Shown piece by piece: positions 8,852 through 18,600 of a stretch of 53,531 nucleotides of DNA. The notes under the pieces were generated by a model. It was not told the origin of the DNA, searched no databases, and saw nothing but the letters and a program-made list of their open reading frames with translations. This stretch comes from a virus, in the UHGV virus genome UHGV-0350075; one strand, 5' to 3'. Each line of letters starts with the position of its first letter. Positions within the stretch are counted from its first letter, which is position 1. A program made the translations under genes and the position numbers.

Positions 8852-8953
8852 ATGAACGGTAAACGCATGTTCGCCCTGGCTTTCGCGATCGCGATGGCTA
8901 TCGCTGTTAACGTCGCCTTGTTCGGCGGCTTATATCTACTAGTTAATCCATAA
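8852..8953 (+). CDS. hydrophobic microprotein (33 aa, MNGKRMFALAFAIAMAIAVNVALFGGLYLLVNP)
   Basis: Own translation; GAGG SD; preceded by 21-aa hydrophobic ORF 8784..8849 with TAGCTATG junction. Confidence 0.3.
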   Translation: MNGKRMFALAFAIAMAIAVNVALFGGLYLLVNP

Positions 8954-9114
8954 CTACCCTTCTACCTTAAAAATCGAAAATTAGCCACCTGATTGCGCTT
9001 CTGGCGCAAAAAAGACACTGCACCCTTACAAGTGGGTTACGCGGTGGGTTTTTGCGTTGTAGCGCGTTTTACGGAAAATAAATATACATTCTGTAAACCG
9101 GAGGAATTAACGTT

Positions 9115-10233
9115 ATGTCACAAAGAAAGATCAGCGATGAACAGTTAATCGCTGAACATAATAACGGTCTGACGTATAAACAGATCGCAGAAAAATATGG
9201 CATGGCAAAACGCAACGTCGAACGCCTGGGCGCACGGTTGGCGAAACGCGGTTTAATATCCACGCGCCGCGCACCGGGTTTTGGCGTCAATGCTGAGTCA
9301 TTGCTCGTCGATAAGGATGGCAATGTGATTATGCGCTGGATTAAAACAGCCCGTGACCGCGATGAAATGGAAATGCTAATGCAATCGGCTTGTGATGCTT
9401 TCACGGAAGAGATACCACGCGCGGAGGCCGTGCCAGTGCCGGAAATTGATTTTCAAAAAAGCCTGGCCCTTTATCCGGTATTCGATCTGCATATCGGGGC
9501 GCTTGCTCATAAAGCTGAATGCGGTGAGAGCTACGACACCGGGATCGCTGAACGCGTGCTAAATGACTTCTTCGACTACGCGGTAGGCGCTGCGCCAATG
9601 TCTGAAAAGGCTGTTTTGCTTCTCGGCGGTGATGTGCTTCACACTGACGGCCTGTTACCAGTGACGCCATCAAGTAATCACGTTTTAGATTGTGATTCAC
9701 GCTACGCAAAACTGGTTTATGTGGCGATCCGGTCGGTCCGGCGTGCGGTCGGGAAGATGTTACTAAATCATAAGGATGTCGAGATCCAGGTATTATCCGG
9801 TAATCACGACCAATCAGGTATGATCTGGCTACGTGCTGCGCTGGCGGCTTTTTACGAAGATGAACCGCGTGTGACGGTTGATGTGTCACCTGCTATCGTC
9901 CATCACACACAGTACGGCAAAACATTTCTTGCTTACCACCACGGGCACACTATCAAAAAGCCAGAAAATTTACTTTCTGCCTGCGTTTCTGACTGGCGGG
10001 AGGATTTCGGCAAGTCGTCGTCTGTTTACGCTCATTGTGGACACTGGCATCACCAACGGCTGATTGAATCATCGTTGGGCGTTGTTGAGTACCACGGCAC
10101 GTTAGCTGGCAAAGACGCTTATTCAACGAATGGCGGCTGGCGGTCGCGGCGGCTGGCTGCGGTAATAATTTACAGTCCTGATCATGGGGAAATCGGGCGC
10201 TTTGTTTATTACCCTGAATATTCCATTTTGTAA
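9115..10233 (+). CDS. HTH domain fused to calcineurin-like metallophosphoesterase domain
   Basis: 372 aa; N-terminal HTH (LTYKQIAEKYGMAKRNVERL); motifs DLHIG, GGDVLHTDG, GNHD, HHGH, GHWHH in phosphoesterase order. Confidence 0.6.
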   Translation: MSQRKISDEQLIAEHNNGLTYKQIAEKYGMAKRNVERLGARLAKRGLISTRRAPGFGVNAESLLVDKDGNVIMRWIKTARDRDEMEMLMQSACDAFTEEIPRAEAVPVPEIDFQKSLALYPVFDLHIGALAHKAECGESYDTGIAERVLNDFFDYAVGAAPMSEKAVLLLGGDVLHTDGLLPVTPSSNHVLDCDSRYAKLVYVAIRSVRRAVGKMLLNHKDVEIQVLSGNHDQSGMIWLRAALAAFYEDEPRVTVDVSPAIVHHTQYGKTFLAYHHGHTIKKPENLLSACVSDWREDFGKSSSVYAHCGHWHHQRLIESSLGVVEYHGTLAGKDAYSTNGGWRSRRLAAVIIYSPDHGEIGRFVYYPEYSIL

Positions 10234-10251
10234 ACCGGAGGCGATGCCATA

Positions 10252-11673
10252 ATGATAACCGAACAAGTAAACTCATTGCGGCAAGAAAGAGAATCAGCGG
10301 TTATCGGTGGCCTGCTGTTAGGTGGGCTTACTCCTAACGCGCAAGATGTTCTCGCTACGCTTGATCCTGAAGTGTTCACTATTCCGCTGTATAAGCGGGC
10401 TTTTGAAATTATCCGGGCGCAAGCCAGAAACAGAAATCTTATCGACGCCTTGCTGGTTGGTGATGAGATTGGCAACGAAAATTTTGTACCGCTGATGCAA
10501 ACGGCGCGATCGTGTCCTTCTGCTGCCAATCTGAAAGGATATGCGCGACTACTACAGGAAGAACACCAGCGGCGGCAAATGCTGGAACTAATGGAAGACA
10601 TTCGCTACAAACTGGAAACGGGGACGCTTGAAGTCGTCAGGGAGACGATGAAAGATTTTGATTCACGGTATTCAAAATTAAAGGTAACAAAAGATCAAAT
10701 TATCCCGGTGCTGTTGCGCGATGCGGTCCAGGAATACACGGAAGTGTTAAGTAAACGCATGGAGTGTGGCGTGAACTCTGACAACATCAAAACAGGGATT
10801 GACCCACTCGACGAAATGTTAGGCGGCATTAACGCTACTGATCTGGTGCTTATCGCCGGACGCCCAGGGTCTGGTAAATCGGCGTTGGCGTTGGCAATTG
10901 CCCGCGCGGCGGCTGAACGTCCATACCCTGGCGGCGAAGGTCAGCGGGTCGGCGTTTTGCTGTTCACGCTTGAAATGTCGCTCGATCAGATGACTGAACG
11001 TGCTATCGCTGGCGCTGGGAACTTATCAACGGATTGCCTACGTAATCCGGTAAAACTGGATGACGAAGGTTGGGCGCACGTCGCCCAGGGAATGAGTGCC
11101 CTTGCCGATCTCGATGTGTGGATTGTTGACGCATCGCAGTTAACGGTCGAGGAAATACGCGCCACCGTCGAACGGATGAAACAGGACCATCCTAACCTGG
11201 GGATGGTAATGATTGACTACATCGGGTTAATGAAGCTGGCTAAGGCCGAACGTCATGATCTCGCCGTAGGGCAATTGTCGTGGTCATTGAAAATGATGGC
11301 GAAAGAGTTGCGCGTGCCAGTGGCGGCGCTGGCGCAATTATCCCGCCGCGTTGAGGAACGACCGAACAAGCGCCCGAACAATTCTGATCTGCGTGATTCC
11401 GGTAATCTTGAACAGGACGCAGACCGGATCATCATGGTCTACCGCGACGGCTACTACAACGAACAATCGGTTGCCCGCGAATATATGGAGATCATCGTTT
11501 CAAAAAACCGTCACGGGAAAACGGGGACTGTTTACCAGCGGTTTGACGATAACGGCAACATCATCCCATGCGACCAGGCCCGCGCGGCGTCCGCTTGCAT
11601 TCAGTCAATGCAACAACGTCCGGCGGCAAGTCGATTCTCCACACGAAACAGCCAGAACAACGCATCTTTTTAA
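10252..11673 (+). CDS. dnaB: DnaB-family replicative DNA helicase
   Basis: 473 aa; Walker A GRPGSGKS, FTLEMS, IDYIGLM; GGAGG SD. Confidence 0.85.
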   Translation: MITEQVNSLRQERESAVIGGLLLGGLTPNAQDVLATLDPEVFTIPLYKRAFEIIRAQARNRNLIDALLVGDEIGNENFVPLMQTARSCPSAANLKGYARLLQEEHQRRQMLELMEDIRYKLETGTLEVVRETMKDFDSRYSKLKVTKDQIIPVLLRDAVQEYTEVLSKRMECGVNSDNIKTGIDPLDEMLGGINATDLVLIAGRPGSGKSALALAIARAAAERPYPGGEGQRVGVLLFTLEMSLDQMTERAIAGAGNLSTDCLRNPVKLDDEGWAHVAQGMSALADLDVWIVDASQLTVEEIRATVERMKQDHPNLGMVMIDYIGLMKLAKAERHDLAVGQLSWSLKMMAKELRVPVAALAQLSRRVEERPNKRPNNSDLRDSGNLEQDADRIIMVYRDGYYNEQSVAREYMEIIVSKNRHGKTGTVYQRFDDNGNIIPCDQARAASACIQSMQQRPAASRFSTRNSQNNASF

Positions 11674-11752
11674 TTAACTTGAGCAAACGGCTTACCGGAA
11701 AGTTGACCGCTTTCTGGTGGCTGTTTTCGCGCTTAAAACGAGGCGAAAAACA

Positions 11753-12310
11753 ATGAGCATTGAACTTGAAGCAAAAATTATCAATATCCTTGAACTTGAT
11801 GGCATCGCAACAATGCACCAGCTACGCCAGAAAACAGGATTATCAGCGGAATACGACGAAGCCGGATGCTTGCCGGAAACAGTTAAACACCTGATCGACA
11901 CTAATCTGGTTGAGCGGGTGTATACATATTTTGGCCCGCGCCGCCGCTTGCTGGGCTATCGAATTAAATATTTATACGAACAACGACGCGAGCGTGTAGC
12001 CGCGTTATTTACTGGCTACAACGTTAGAAAGCGAATGAGAGATATTAGCGCGGAAACTGGCATTCCGTGGAATTACCTTTCGCGCACGCTGCGTTTAATG
12101 GTGCTGGATGAAACGCTTTGCATAGATACCAATAAACACGGCCTTAATTTTTACTCACTGTTTAAACCTGGTCGCTTTGGTCACGCTAATGATCTCGCGT
12201 TTGATTTTGACAGCCGCCTGAACGAATACCGGAAAAATAACGGCCTGCTACCGGATAAACCAGTATTTGAGATCGAAAAACTTAACGGGGAAACGGGGTT
12301 AGAATTATGA
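11753..12310 (+). CDS. hypothetical protein
   Basis: Track ORF 11717..12310 trimmed to ATG 11753 (MSIELEAK...) with GAGG SD. Confidence 0.5.
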   Translation: MSIELEAKIINILELDGIATMHQLRQKTGLSAEYDEAGCLPETVKHLIDTNLVERVYTYFGPRRRLLGYRIKYLYEQRRERVAALFTGYNVRKRMRDISAETGIPWNYLSRTLRLMVLDETLCIDTNKHGLNFYSLFKPGRFGHANDLAFDFDSRLNEYRKNNGLLPDKPVFEIEKLNGETGLEL

Positions 12311-12513
12311 GACGAGTAATCTTTTATTCAGTTGAAACGTTTGTTGATGATACGCGTGTCTATTATCCGTGGGAAGTATACGACGCAATGGTGTATACAC
12401 CGCCACTGATGCGGAAATATAAACACGTAAAATTTAACCGTGTTTTCGTGCCAATGCGCGATGCATTGCGGGCGCTGCGCGGGGAATTAAGAAACACAAT
12501 GCGGATTGTGTAA
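12307..12513 (+). CDS. hypothetical protein
   Basis: Track ORF 68 aa; start overlaps upstream stop. Confidence 0.45.
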   Translation: MRRVIFYSVETFVDDTRVYYPWEVYDAMVYTPPLMRKYKHVKFNRVFVPMRDALRALRGELRNTMRIV

Positions 12514-12523
12514 GGGGGGAATT

Positions 12524-12751
12524 ATGAACAAGGAATTGGAGTTGACCGTGGAGGATTTAAGCACGATCGCGGAATACATGCGCGGCGATGATCCTGATAA
12601 ACCTGTTACGGTTGATATGAAATATTTAAAAGGCGCTTTTATGACTTCTTCAAAATTGATTAGTCTTGATGCAATTATAAAGGCGCGCTGGGAAAGTTGG
12701 CAGGAATACAAAGCGAAAAATAAGGCGAAAAGAAATAATGCGGCAAATTAG
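12524..12751 (+). CDS. hypothetical protein
   Basis: Track ORF trimmed to ATG 12524 (MNKELELT...) after AAGGGGGGA SD. Confidence 0.45.
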   Translation: MNKELELTVEDLSTIAEYMRGDDPDKPVTVDMKYLKGAFMTSSKLISLDAIIKARWESWQEYKAKNKAKRNNAAN

Positions 12752-13169
12752 ATTTGAGATAGTCAACGACGCCGTGAAAGAAAATGCTATCAGGCAGATA
12801 AGAGAGATCCAGCCTGATAGCAAAAGCCCGCTGATAATCACCATCCAGGAGAAAACCCGCTCGCTAAGCCAAAATGCGTTGCTTTGGGCGCTATTGACCG
12901 ACATTAGCGATCAGGTTAATTGGTACGGTAAAAAGCTGTCGCCGGAAGACTGGAAAGCGGTATTCACTGCCGGACTTAAGAAATATGGCGTAGTCCCTAA
13001 CCTAGATAAATCAGGCTTCGTTGTATTGGGAACGTCTACAAGTCGAATGAGTAAATCAGAATTCAGCGAACTAATCGAATTGATCTACTCGTTCGGTGCT
13101 GAACATGATGTTCAATGGTCGGGTGATACGAAATTAAACGAGGAATTTATAAAACGCTGGGGGCAATGA
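12738..13169 (+). CDS. ninB: NinB/Orf-family recombination protein
   Basis: 143 aa; close match to lambda NinB as recalled (ITIQEKTRSLSQNALLWALL, GFVVLGTSTSRMSKSEFSELIELI). Confidence 0.8.
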   Translation: MRQIRFEIVNDAVKENAIRQIREIQPDSKSPLIITIQEKTRSLSQNALLWALLTDISDQVNWYGKKLSPEDWKAVFTAGLKKYGVVPNLDKSGFVVLGTSTSRMSKSEFSELIELIYSFGAEHDVQWSGDTKLNEEFIKRWGQ

Positions 13170-13345
13170 TGGTTAGTTATTACATGGCCAAATCAACGGG
13201 GATTTTGTACAAAATAGAACGCCATACGGTGTACTACTTCAATAATCAAGCCCATGAATGGCGGGAATGTTTTTCTAAGTTTAAATCTGAAATAGAAAAC
13301 AACCCTGAATATTACATTAAGGTTGACAATGTAACGGTGGCGTAA
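13166..13345 (+). CDS. hypothetical protein (59 aa)
   Basis: Own translation; ATG overlaps ninB stop (ATGATGG); ends TAATATG at next start; below track cutoff. Confidence 0.35.
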   Translation: MMVSYYMAKSTGILYKIERHTVYYFNNQAHEWRECFSKFKSEIENNPEYYIKVDNVTVA

Positions 13346-13346
13346 T

Positions 13347-13997
13347 ATGACGAAGAAAACCCCTTTTGCAATAGGCGCAATGTTCCACCGCTTCCGTGGT
13401 GATATTCAGCCTTTTGAAGTAACCACGTTTTCAAGTTATTACGATTTTGGGACGGAGTATTACGCCGGATCTAAGGTAGGCGGTGAATCTTATACGCTGA
13501 TGGCTAATACGTGGCGCTTTGTGCGTTACTCTGAAAAGGATGATGACGGTATGAATAAAGAAAGTGAAATCATTGATGAATTAATCGAAGATGAGCGCCA
13601 TGATTGCGATGCGCCGGAAGTTACGGAATGGAAACCAGGAGAAAAGCCGCCGTGCGGCGTGTGGCTTGATTGTATTGGATTAGCAAGTGATAGAGTGATT
13701 GATGTCGTTAAGTTTTTCTACCTGGGCGATAAGTGGTCTATTGCTCACAGTAAGTTAGAAACGGGTATAGAAACACCGATTGCATGGAAACAATACTCAT
13801 ACCGCATTCACATTGACCCGAAAGAAAAAGCAATGACACGAATTGCGTTTGCGCTGGCTGTTGAGGTTATTGGTGAAGATGCGGCAAAAGAGATTAACTT
13901 TAACCGCGACAACGAATTTTCGCGCGATTGGCGCAATATGGCAAAAGCCATTATTAATGGCGATATTCCTTTTACTAATTACAATGGTGATGAGTAA
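13347..13997 (+). CDS. hypothetical protein
   Basis: Track ORF 216 aa; no motif recognised. Confidence 0.5.
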   Translation: MTKKTPFAIGAMFHRFRGDIQPFEVTTFSSYYDFGTEYYAGSKVGGESYTLMANTWRFVRYSEKDDDGMNKESEIIDELIEDERHDCDAPEVTEWKPGEKPPCGVWLDCIGLASDRVIDVVKFFYLGDKWSIAHSKLETGIETPIAWKQYSYRIHIDPKEKAMTRIAFALAVEVIGEDAAKEINFNRDNEFSRDWRNMAKAIINGDIPFTNYNGDE

Positions 13998-14215
13998 TGG
14001 ATAAGATCGGGACAATACTTATTAACCGTGAGCAAGTGCAAAAAATGTTAGGCGGGCTTAGCAAGTCCGCCTTTTTTAAGCTCGTTAAAAAATGGAAAGA
14101 AGCGGGAACTCCTTTCCCTGAACCTGTAAAGGGGATGCCAGCATTAAAGCGCGGGGGATCTCTTTACCGTTATCAGGACGTTATTTCATTTTGTAAATCG
14201 ATGGGCTTCATGTAG
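13997..14215 (+). CDS. putative excisionase-like HTH DNA-binding protein
   Basis: 72 aa; Xis/AlpA-like pattern (INREQVQKMLGGLSKSAFFKLVKK...); convergent with int, 3' ends overlap. Confidence 0.4.
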   Translation: MDKIGTILINREQVQKMLGGLSKSAFFKLVKKWKEAGTPFPEPVKGMPALKRGGSLYRYQDVISFCKSMGFM

Positions 14216-15372
14216 TAATCAGCCAGTTTATTCATCGCCTCGATTTGTTCCCTCACGTAATCATATTGATCATAGATAGCCATCATCCCCGCCAGTTTAT
14301 GACCCAAAACCTTTTCGGCTACGTGCGGCGCAACGCCAAGCGCTGAAAGGTTTGTCCTTACAGTGCGGCGTAGATCGTGACACGACCACGACTCGCCGCC
14401 CATCCTTAGCATCAAATCCCTTGCGGCTGTTTTCGGCACGCTCCTGTCTACCGCTTCATCCCTTCCAGAAAGCACTGGAACGAAGATAAAATTAAAGCCG
14501 TGCAAATCCATAGCTTCACGCAATAAACCTACGCTAACGTCGGATAAACCGCGCTTAAACTCATTTCTGTTCTTACTCAATGCACCCGGCACGGTCCACA
14601 CGCAGTTATCAAGATCGAAATGTTCGCGCCTTGCGTTTGTTAGTTCGCTTGTTCTGCATCCGGTGAATATAATCAGCTTCATCAATATCTGATTTAGCCG
14701 CGCCATTTTTGAACTGTCTATAATGCTGATTAGATGGTGAATCTCTTGTATTGATAAGACGCGTTTCCTTTGCGCCGGGTTTTTGCCTACGTCTTTCACG
14801 CGTAGCAATGATATGTCGTCACGCTCCACGCGGCGGCGTCGCATGGCATATTTTATCACCGCCTTCATCCTGTTTAAGACTATCCCTGCCTGAACGGGCG
14901 CGCCACCATTAGCTACCTTTCTAAAAATCCCCTCCCACATTATGGAGTCCATATCATCGACGATATAGCTACCGCATGGTCTGACAATGTGCTTACTTAG
15001 CATCGCCTCGACTTGCTTATAGTTGACCATGTTTCTTGCCTGCGGTGATTCCATGTACTCCATAACAATATCTTCAATCGTTGCCCGTGTCGTAACGCGG
15101 GACAAGTTCATTCTTTTTACGATCGATGGATCTCGCCCTGAGTTTAAGACTTCCTTATGCTCCGCCACCGCCGCGCGGGCTTCTTTGAGTGTTATTTCTC
15201 CGTAAGTGCCAATCTTCATCCGTCGCGGCTTGCCGTTGAATCGGTAGCGATACTGAAAAGATATAACGCCGTGCGGGCTTATCCTGGCAGACAATCCGCC
15301 CGCGTCCGGGACTTCTTTCGGGCCGTCATATGGCTTGCCGTGGATGTTTCGTAATTTGGTATCTGTAAGCAT
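14173..15372 (-). CDS. int: tyrosine integrase (P4-like family)
   Basis: Track ORF trimmed to ATG 15372 (MLTDTKLRN...); C-terminal HDLRRT and conserved Tyr region; upstream extension runs through an att repeat. Confidence 0.85.
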   Translation of the reverse strand: MLTDTKLRNIHGKPYDGPKEVPDAGGLSARISPHGVISFQYRYRFNGKPRRMKIGTYGEITLKEARAAVAEHKEVLNSGRDPSIVKRMNLSRVTTRATIEDIVMEYMESPQARNMVNYKQVEAMLSKHIVRPCGSYIVDDMDSIMWEGIFRKVANGGAPVQAGIVLNRMKAVIKYAMRRRRVERDDISLLRVKDVGKNPAQRKRVLSIQEIHHLISIIDSSKMARLNQILMKLIIFTGCRTSELTNARREHFDLDNCVWTVPGALSKNRNEFKRGLSDVSVGLLREAMDLHGFNFIFVPVLSGRDEAVDRSVPKTAARDLMLRMGGESWSCHDLRRTVRTNLSALGVAPHVAEKVLGHKLAGMMAIYDQYDYVREQIEAMNKLADYYMKPIDLQNEITS

Positions 15373-15374
15373 AA

Positions 15375-15396
15375 TTTGGTCACTATTTGGTACACA
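15375..15396. repeat. direct repeat copy 1 (TTTGGTCACTATTTGGTACACA)
   Basis: Identical 22-mer recurs at 15607..15628; candidate integrase arm-type site. Confidence 0.5.
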
Positions 15397-15606
15397 CATT
15401 TTACGCATGGATAGTATCACGATAGAAAACGATATGACACGATAGAATAAATATTTCTTTTAAAATCAAGGTGAAGTGGTGACGATGTGACACGATGTGA
15501 AATGATAGAAATGGCGTTATCCGCTTATCTTTTGAATGGATAACTTAATGAAAAATTCATTTGTATTCAGTGTGTTATGTTTTGTTTTTGTTTTTGATTT
15601 ATCATT

Positions 15607-15628
15607 TTGGTCACTATTTGGTACACAA
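15607..15628. repeat. direct repeat copy 2 (TTTGGTCACTATTTGGTACACA)
   Basis: Identical to 15375..15396. Confidence 0.5.
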
Positions 15629-15632
15629 AAAG

Positions 15633-15660
15633 AAACGAGGCGTTAGCCTCGTTTCGCGCG
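15633..15660 (-). terminator. intrinsic terminator after tail-fibre gene
   Basis: ACGAGGC-gtta-GCCTCGT hairpin followed on reverse strand by TTTCTTTTTGTGT. Confidence 0.5.
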
Positions 15661-15684
15661 GCGATGTTCTTCGCACATCACCTC

Positions 15685-18600
15685 TTATTTTTCGCTTCCG
15701 GTCAACTGCCGGACAAGCGCTTCAAGTTTAGTGATCCGCTCATCCATGACGGCAATGTTAGCGCGTAAGCTGGCGTTTTCTTCCTCCAGTTCGGTGACGC
15801 GGTTATCTGTTTCGCGTGCCACCTGGACAAGTAAACCAGTCACTGCCGCATAATCAACGTTTAGGTAACGCGTTTCTTCGCGTAGCTCGTTGCCGTCAAT
15901 GGTCGGGCCTTGTAATGCTTCACCGTAATGAGTAAACGATCCCACTGCTTCCGGTAGCGCCTCCATGACCTCCTGAGCGATAACGCCAGCGTAAGGCAGG
16001 CCATTTTCCTTAAGCGTGTAGGTGTACCCGTTCATTTTACGGATTGCTTCAGTAGCATCGCCTATAACCTGAATGTTGTCCTTCAGGTCGCGGTCTGAAG
16101 ACTGGTTTACTGTTACGCAGTTTACAGCCCCGTTAACCTGAAAATGACATGAATCATCCGTGTTTTGCTGCGCGTAAAAAATCCATGAAAGTGACGCGTT
16201 TGTGTCTGGATCTTTTATCTTGCACTCAAATACAGTTGGGCGGCTTTCTGCACCCCACAAATAAAGCTCACCATTTCTTACCGCTGAATTTGCGACGGCT
16301 AAAGTTACTTTTCTTGTGTAAGTATCAGAGAAAAACTCCGTCGATTTAAATTGTTGGTATCCAGTCCACCTTTGCGAAGATGCGTTAAGCGTAGCAAGTT
16401 GACACCAGCCTTTATCTACTCCGCCCTCAAAACTTCTGGCGTAGAATTTTGAATTACGTCCGACGAATTGGGTGGCGTAGTTACCGCTAAAGCCAACATG
16501 AAAGCCGCCATAAACTACATTATTTTCCGGTGTATTTGTTTGACCAGCAATAGGTTTAAACTTGCTTACGTTGTCTGATTGTTGTGCGTTCCAGTCTTGA
16601 TCTGTATATGTTGCAACTCCGTTAGCTGGCTGTATAGTTCCGTTTGATTTGATAACCTGATAAGAATCACCATATTTATTGCGGTATGTATCAGTGCAAT
16701 AAAACCCTGTTGCACTCGATGTGAAATCAAGTAAGTTATTGCTAATGCCGTAAGTGTCTAAATCAATACCATCAGAGGAATTAGTGATACCCCATTTATA
16801 AGTCGGGCTATCTGCTGTGTTAGTTGGCTTCCAGTCTGCTGTAGGTATTGTTACAGTACATCCAACCGTAACAGCGATGCGAATGGGGAAGGCATCACCG
16901 CGAACATAGATCGCGTTATGCGGATACTGCCCTTTATCAGTACCGCGAACGCAAAGTATCGCGTTTTCATTGTTTGCGTAACAGAAATAATGACCAAATA
17001 CAGCCGCACCCATATCTGACCAGCCACCATCACGTAACCATAAATGAATTGCGTTACAGTTAGGATCTCCACTGCCAGATATTGACTTAGTTCTCATTGC
17101 AACTTCAACAAGGAAATCGCCGTTATAGTGTGAAGGATGGCTGACAATTACAGGGTAATATTTACCAGCTTCAGCACCAGTAGGGGCGTTGTAATCAACC
17201 CAATGCGCAATACCTGCAAACGGGATTTGCATATTGGTTTTAGTTTGTTCAAGGTTTGTAGGTACTGCAATTGCATTGACTTTCAGGTTAGGTACTTCTA
17301 TTTCATCCCTTGCATAGTTGTAGCTCATTGAATAGCTTGTATTCGTACCGTCATATCCGTCTTTCTGAATACGCCAGTTACCACCATCAAAGATAAGGCT
17401 ATAGTAAGGTGTATTTGATGGCCGATCCGTTTCGTTGAATCTGATGGTAGGATGAGCGCTTGATATTTCTACGGGGTAATTAAAATTAGCTGTTAATCTT
17501 ACACGCCTACCTATAAAATCACCGCTATTTAAAGAAAAGTCGCCGTCTTCGCTTAATCCTGCGTATTGGTTTTTATCTCCACTCTGTAGGTGAATTGTGG
17601 CCCATGATTTACCATCGCCACGGAATTCTGAATAAAAACGCGCTCGCGCTCTTTGTGCGCCTGATGCATCATTAAGAATGCTTTGTAAAATACCGCCTGC
17701 CGTGGTTGCGACATCTGACGACCTAACAAGGTTAAGGTTTGTAAATTGCGGGCTATCAGTAAAATCAAGAGACTGAAATTTCTTCCATGCGGTCCACTCC
17801 CAACCAGAAGAGGAAGACTGAATGATGTGCTGGCGCATATAAAATGTACCAGTCGTGGCATTGTAAGGGAAATAAAGCTGCGTGCATCCTGCGTTACCGT
17901 TCGCATTATTTCTAATAACAAGCAATGCTCCCGCACTTGATACAGGATAACCGCGCGCAGTCGTGGCATTTACGTTTAACCCCTGGTAATAAAAACCGGA
18001 ATACTCGCCAGTAAGCGTATTAATATCTGTGGAACCTAGATCTGATTTTTTCTCATACATAACCTCAAGGTTTGTGCGTGCTTGTCCTGCGTTACCGCCA
18101 CCAGTGCCACCATAATTTAATCCCAATGGAAGCGGGCCTGATTCAGTTCTAGCTCCCCATGCTGCGTTACTTATGAATAGATAATTAGTTGATTCGCCAG
18201 CGTAAAGCTGCGTTTCAACTGTGTAGTTATAAAGCCTTGATACTTCGTCTTTTCTTACGTGCCTTGTCCATTGCGGTCCTATGCTGCTCGACCAACGATA
18301 GGTATACAGGGATCTTGTATTCCATCCCTGGAATATACCCGTATATGTAGGAGAACCATCGCAACCGCTAATAAAGCCTGTTAAGTACGCTTCACCTGAA
18401 GCAATGGACGGAAAACCAGTTGCCGATTCACGAATACGCATAAAGCCAATATAACCGGATGGATTGCCTGAAATGTCAGGACAATCGCGCGGCGATGCGC
18501 CAAGACCGATATTGTCGCCTACAATACCTTGCGCCTGGTTGCGATAGTTAAGCGCGGCGGCGGCGGATTGCGCCGCATTTGTCTCGCTGGTAGCTGCCGC

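Larger units (their letters stand above)
15373..15684. other. candidate attP region
   Basis: Non-coding, AT-rich region between int and tail-fibre gene with direct repeats and ACACGAT(A/G) repeats; lambda-like location. Confidence 0.4.

Noticed and set aside
9401-9889. Reverse-strand 162-aa ORF inside the HTH-phosphoesterase gene
   Set aside because: Arg/Pro/His-rich low-complexity product, antisense to a motif-supported gene; typical GC-rich shadow frame.
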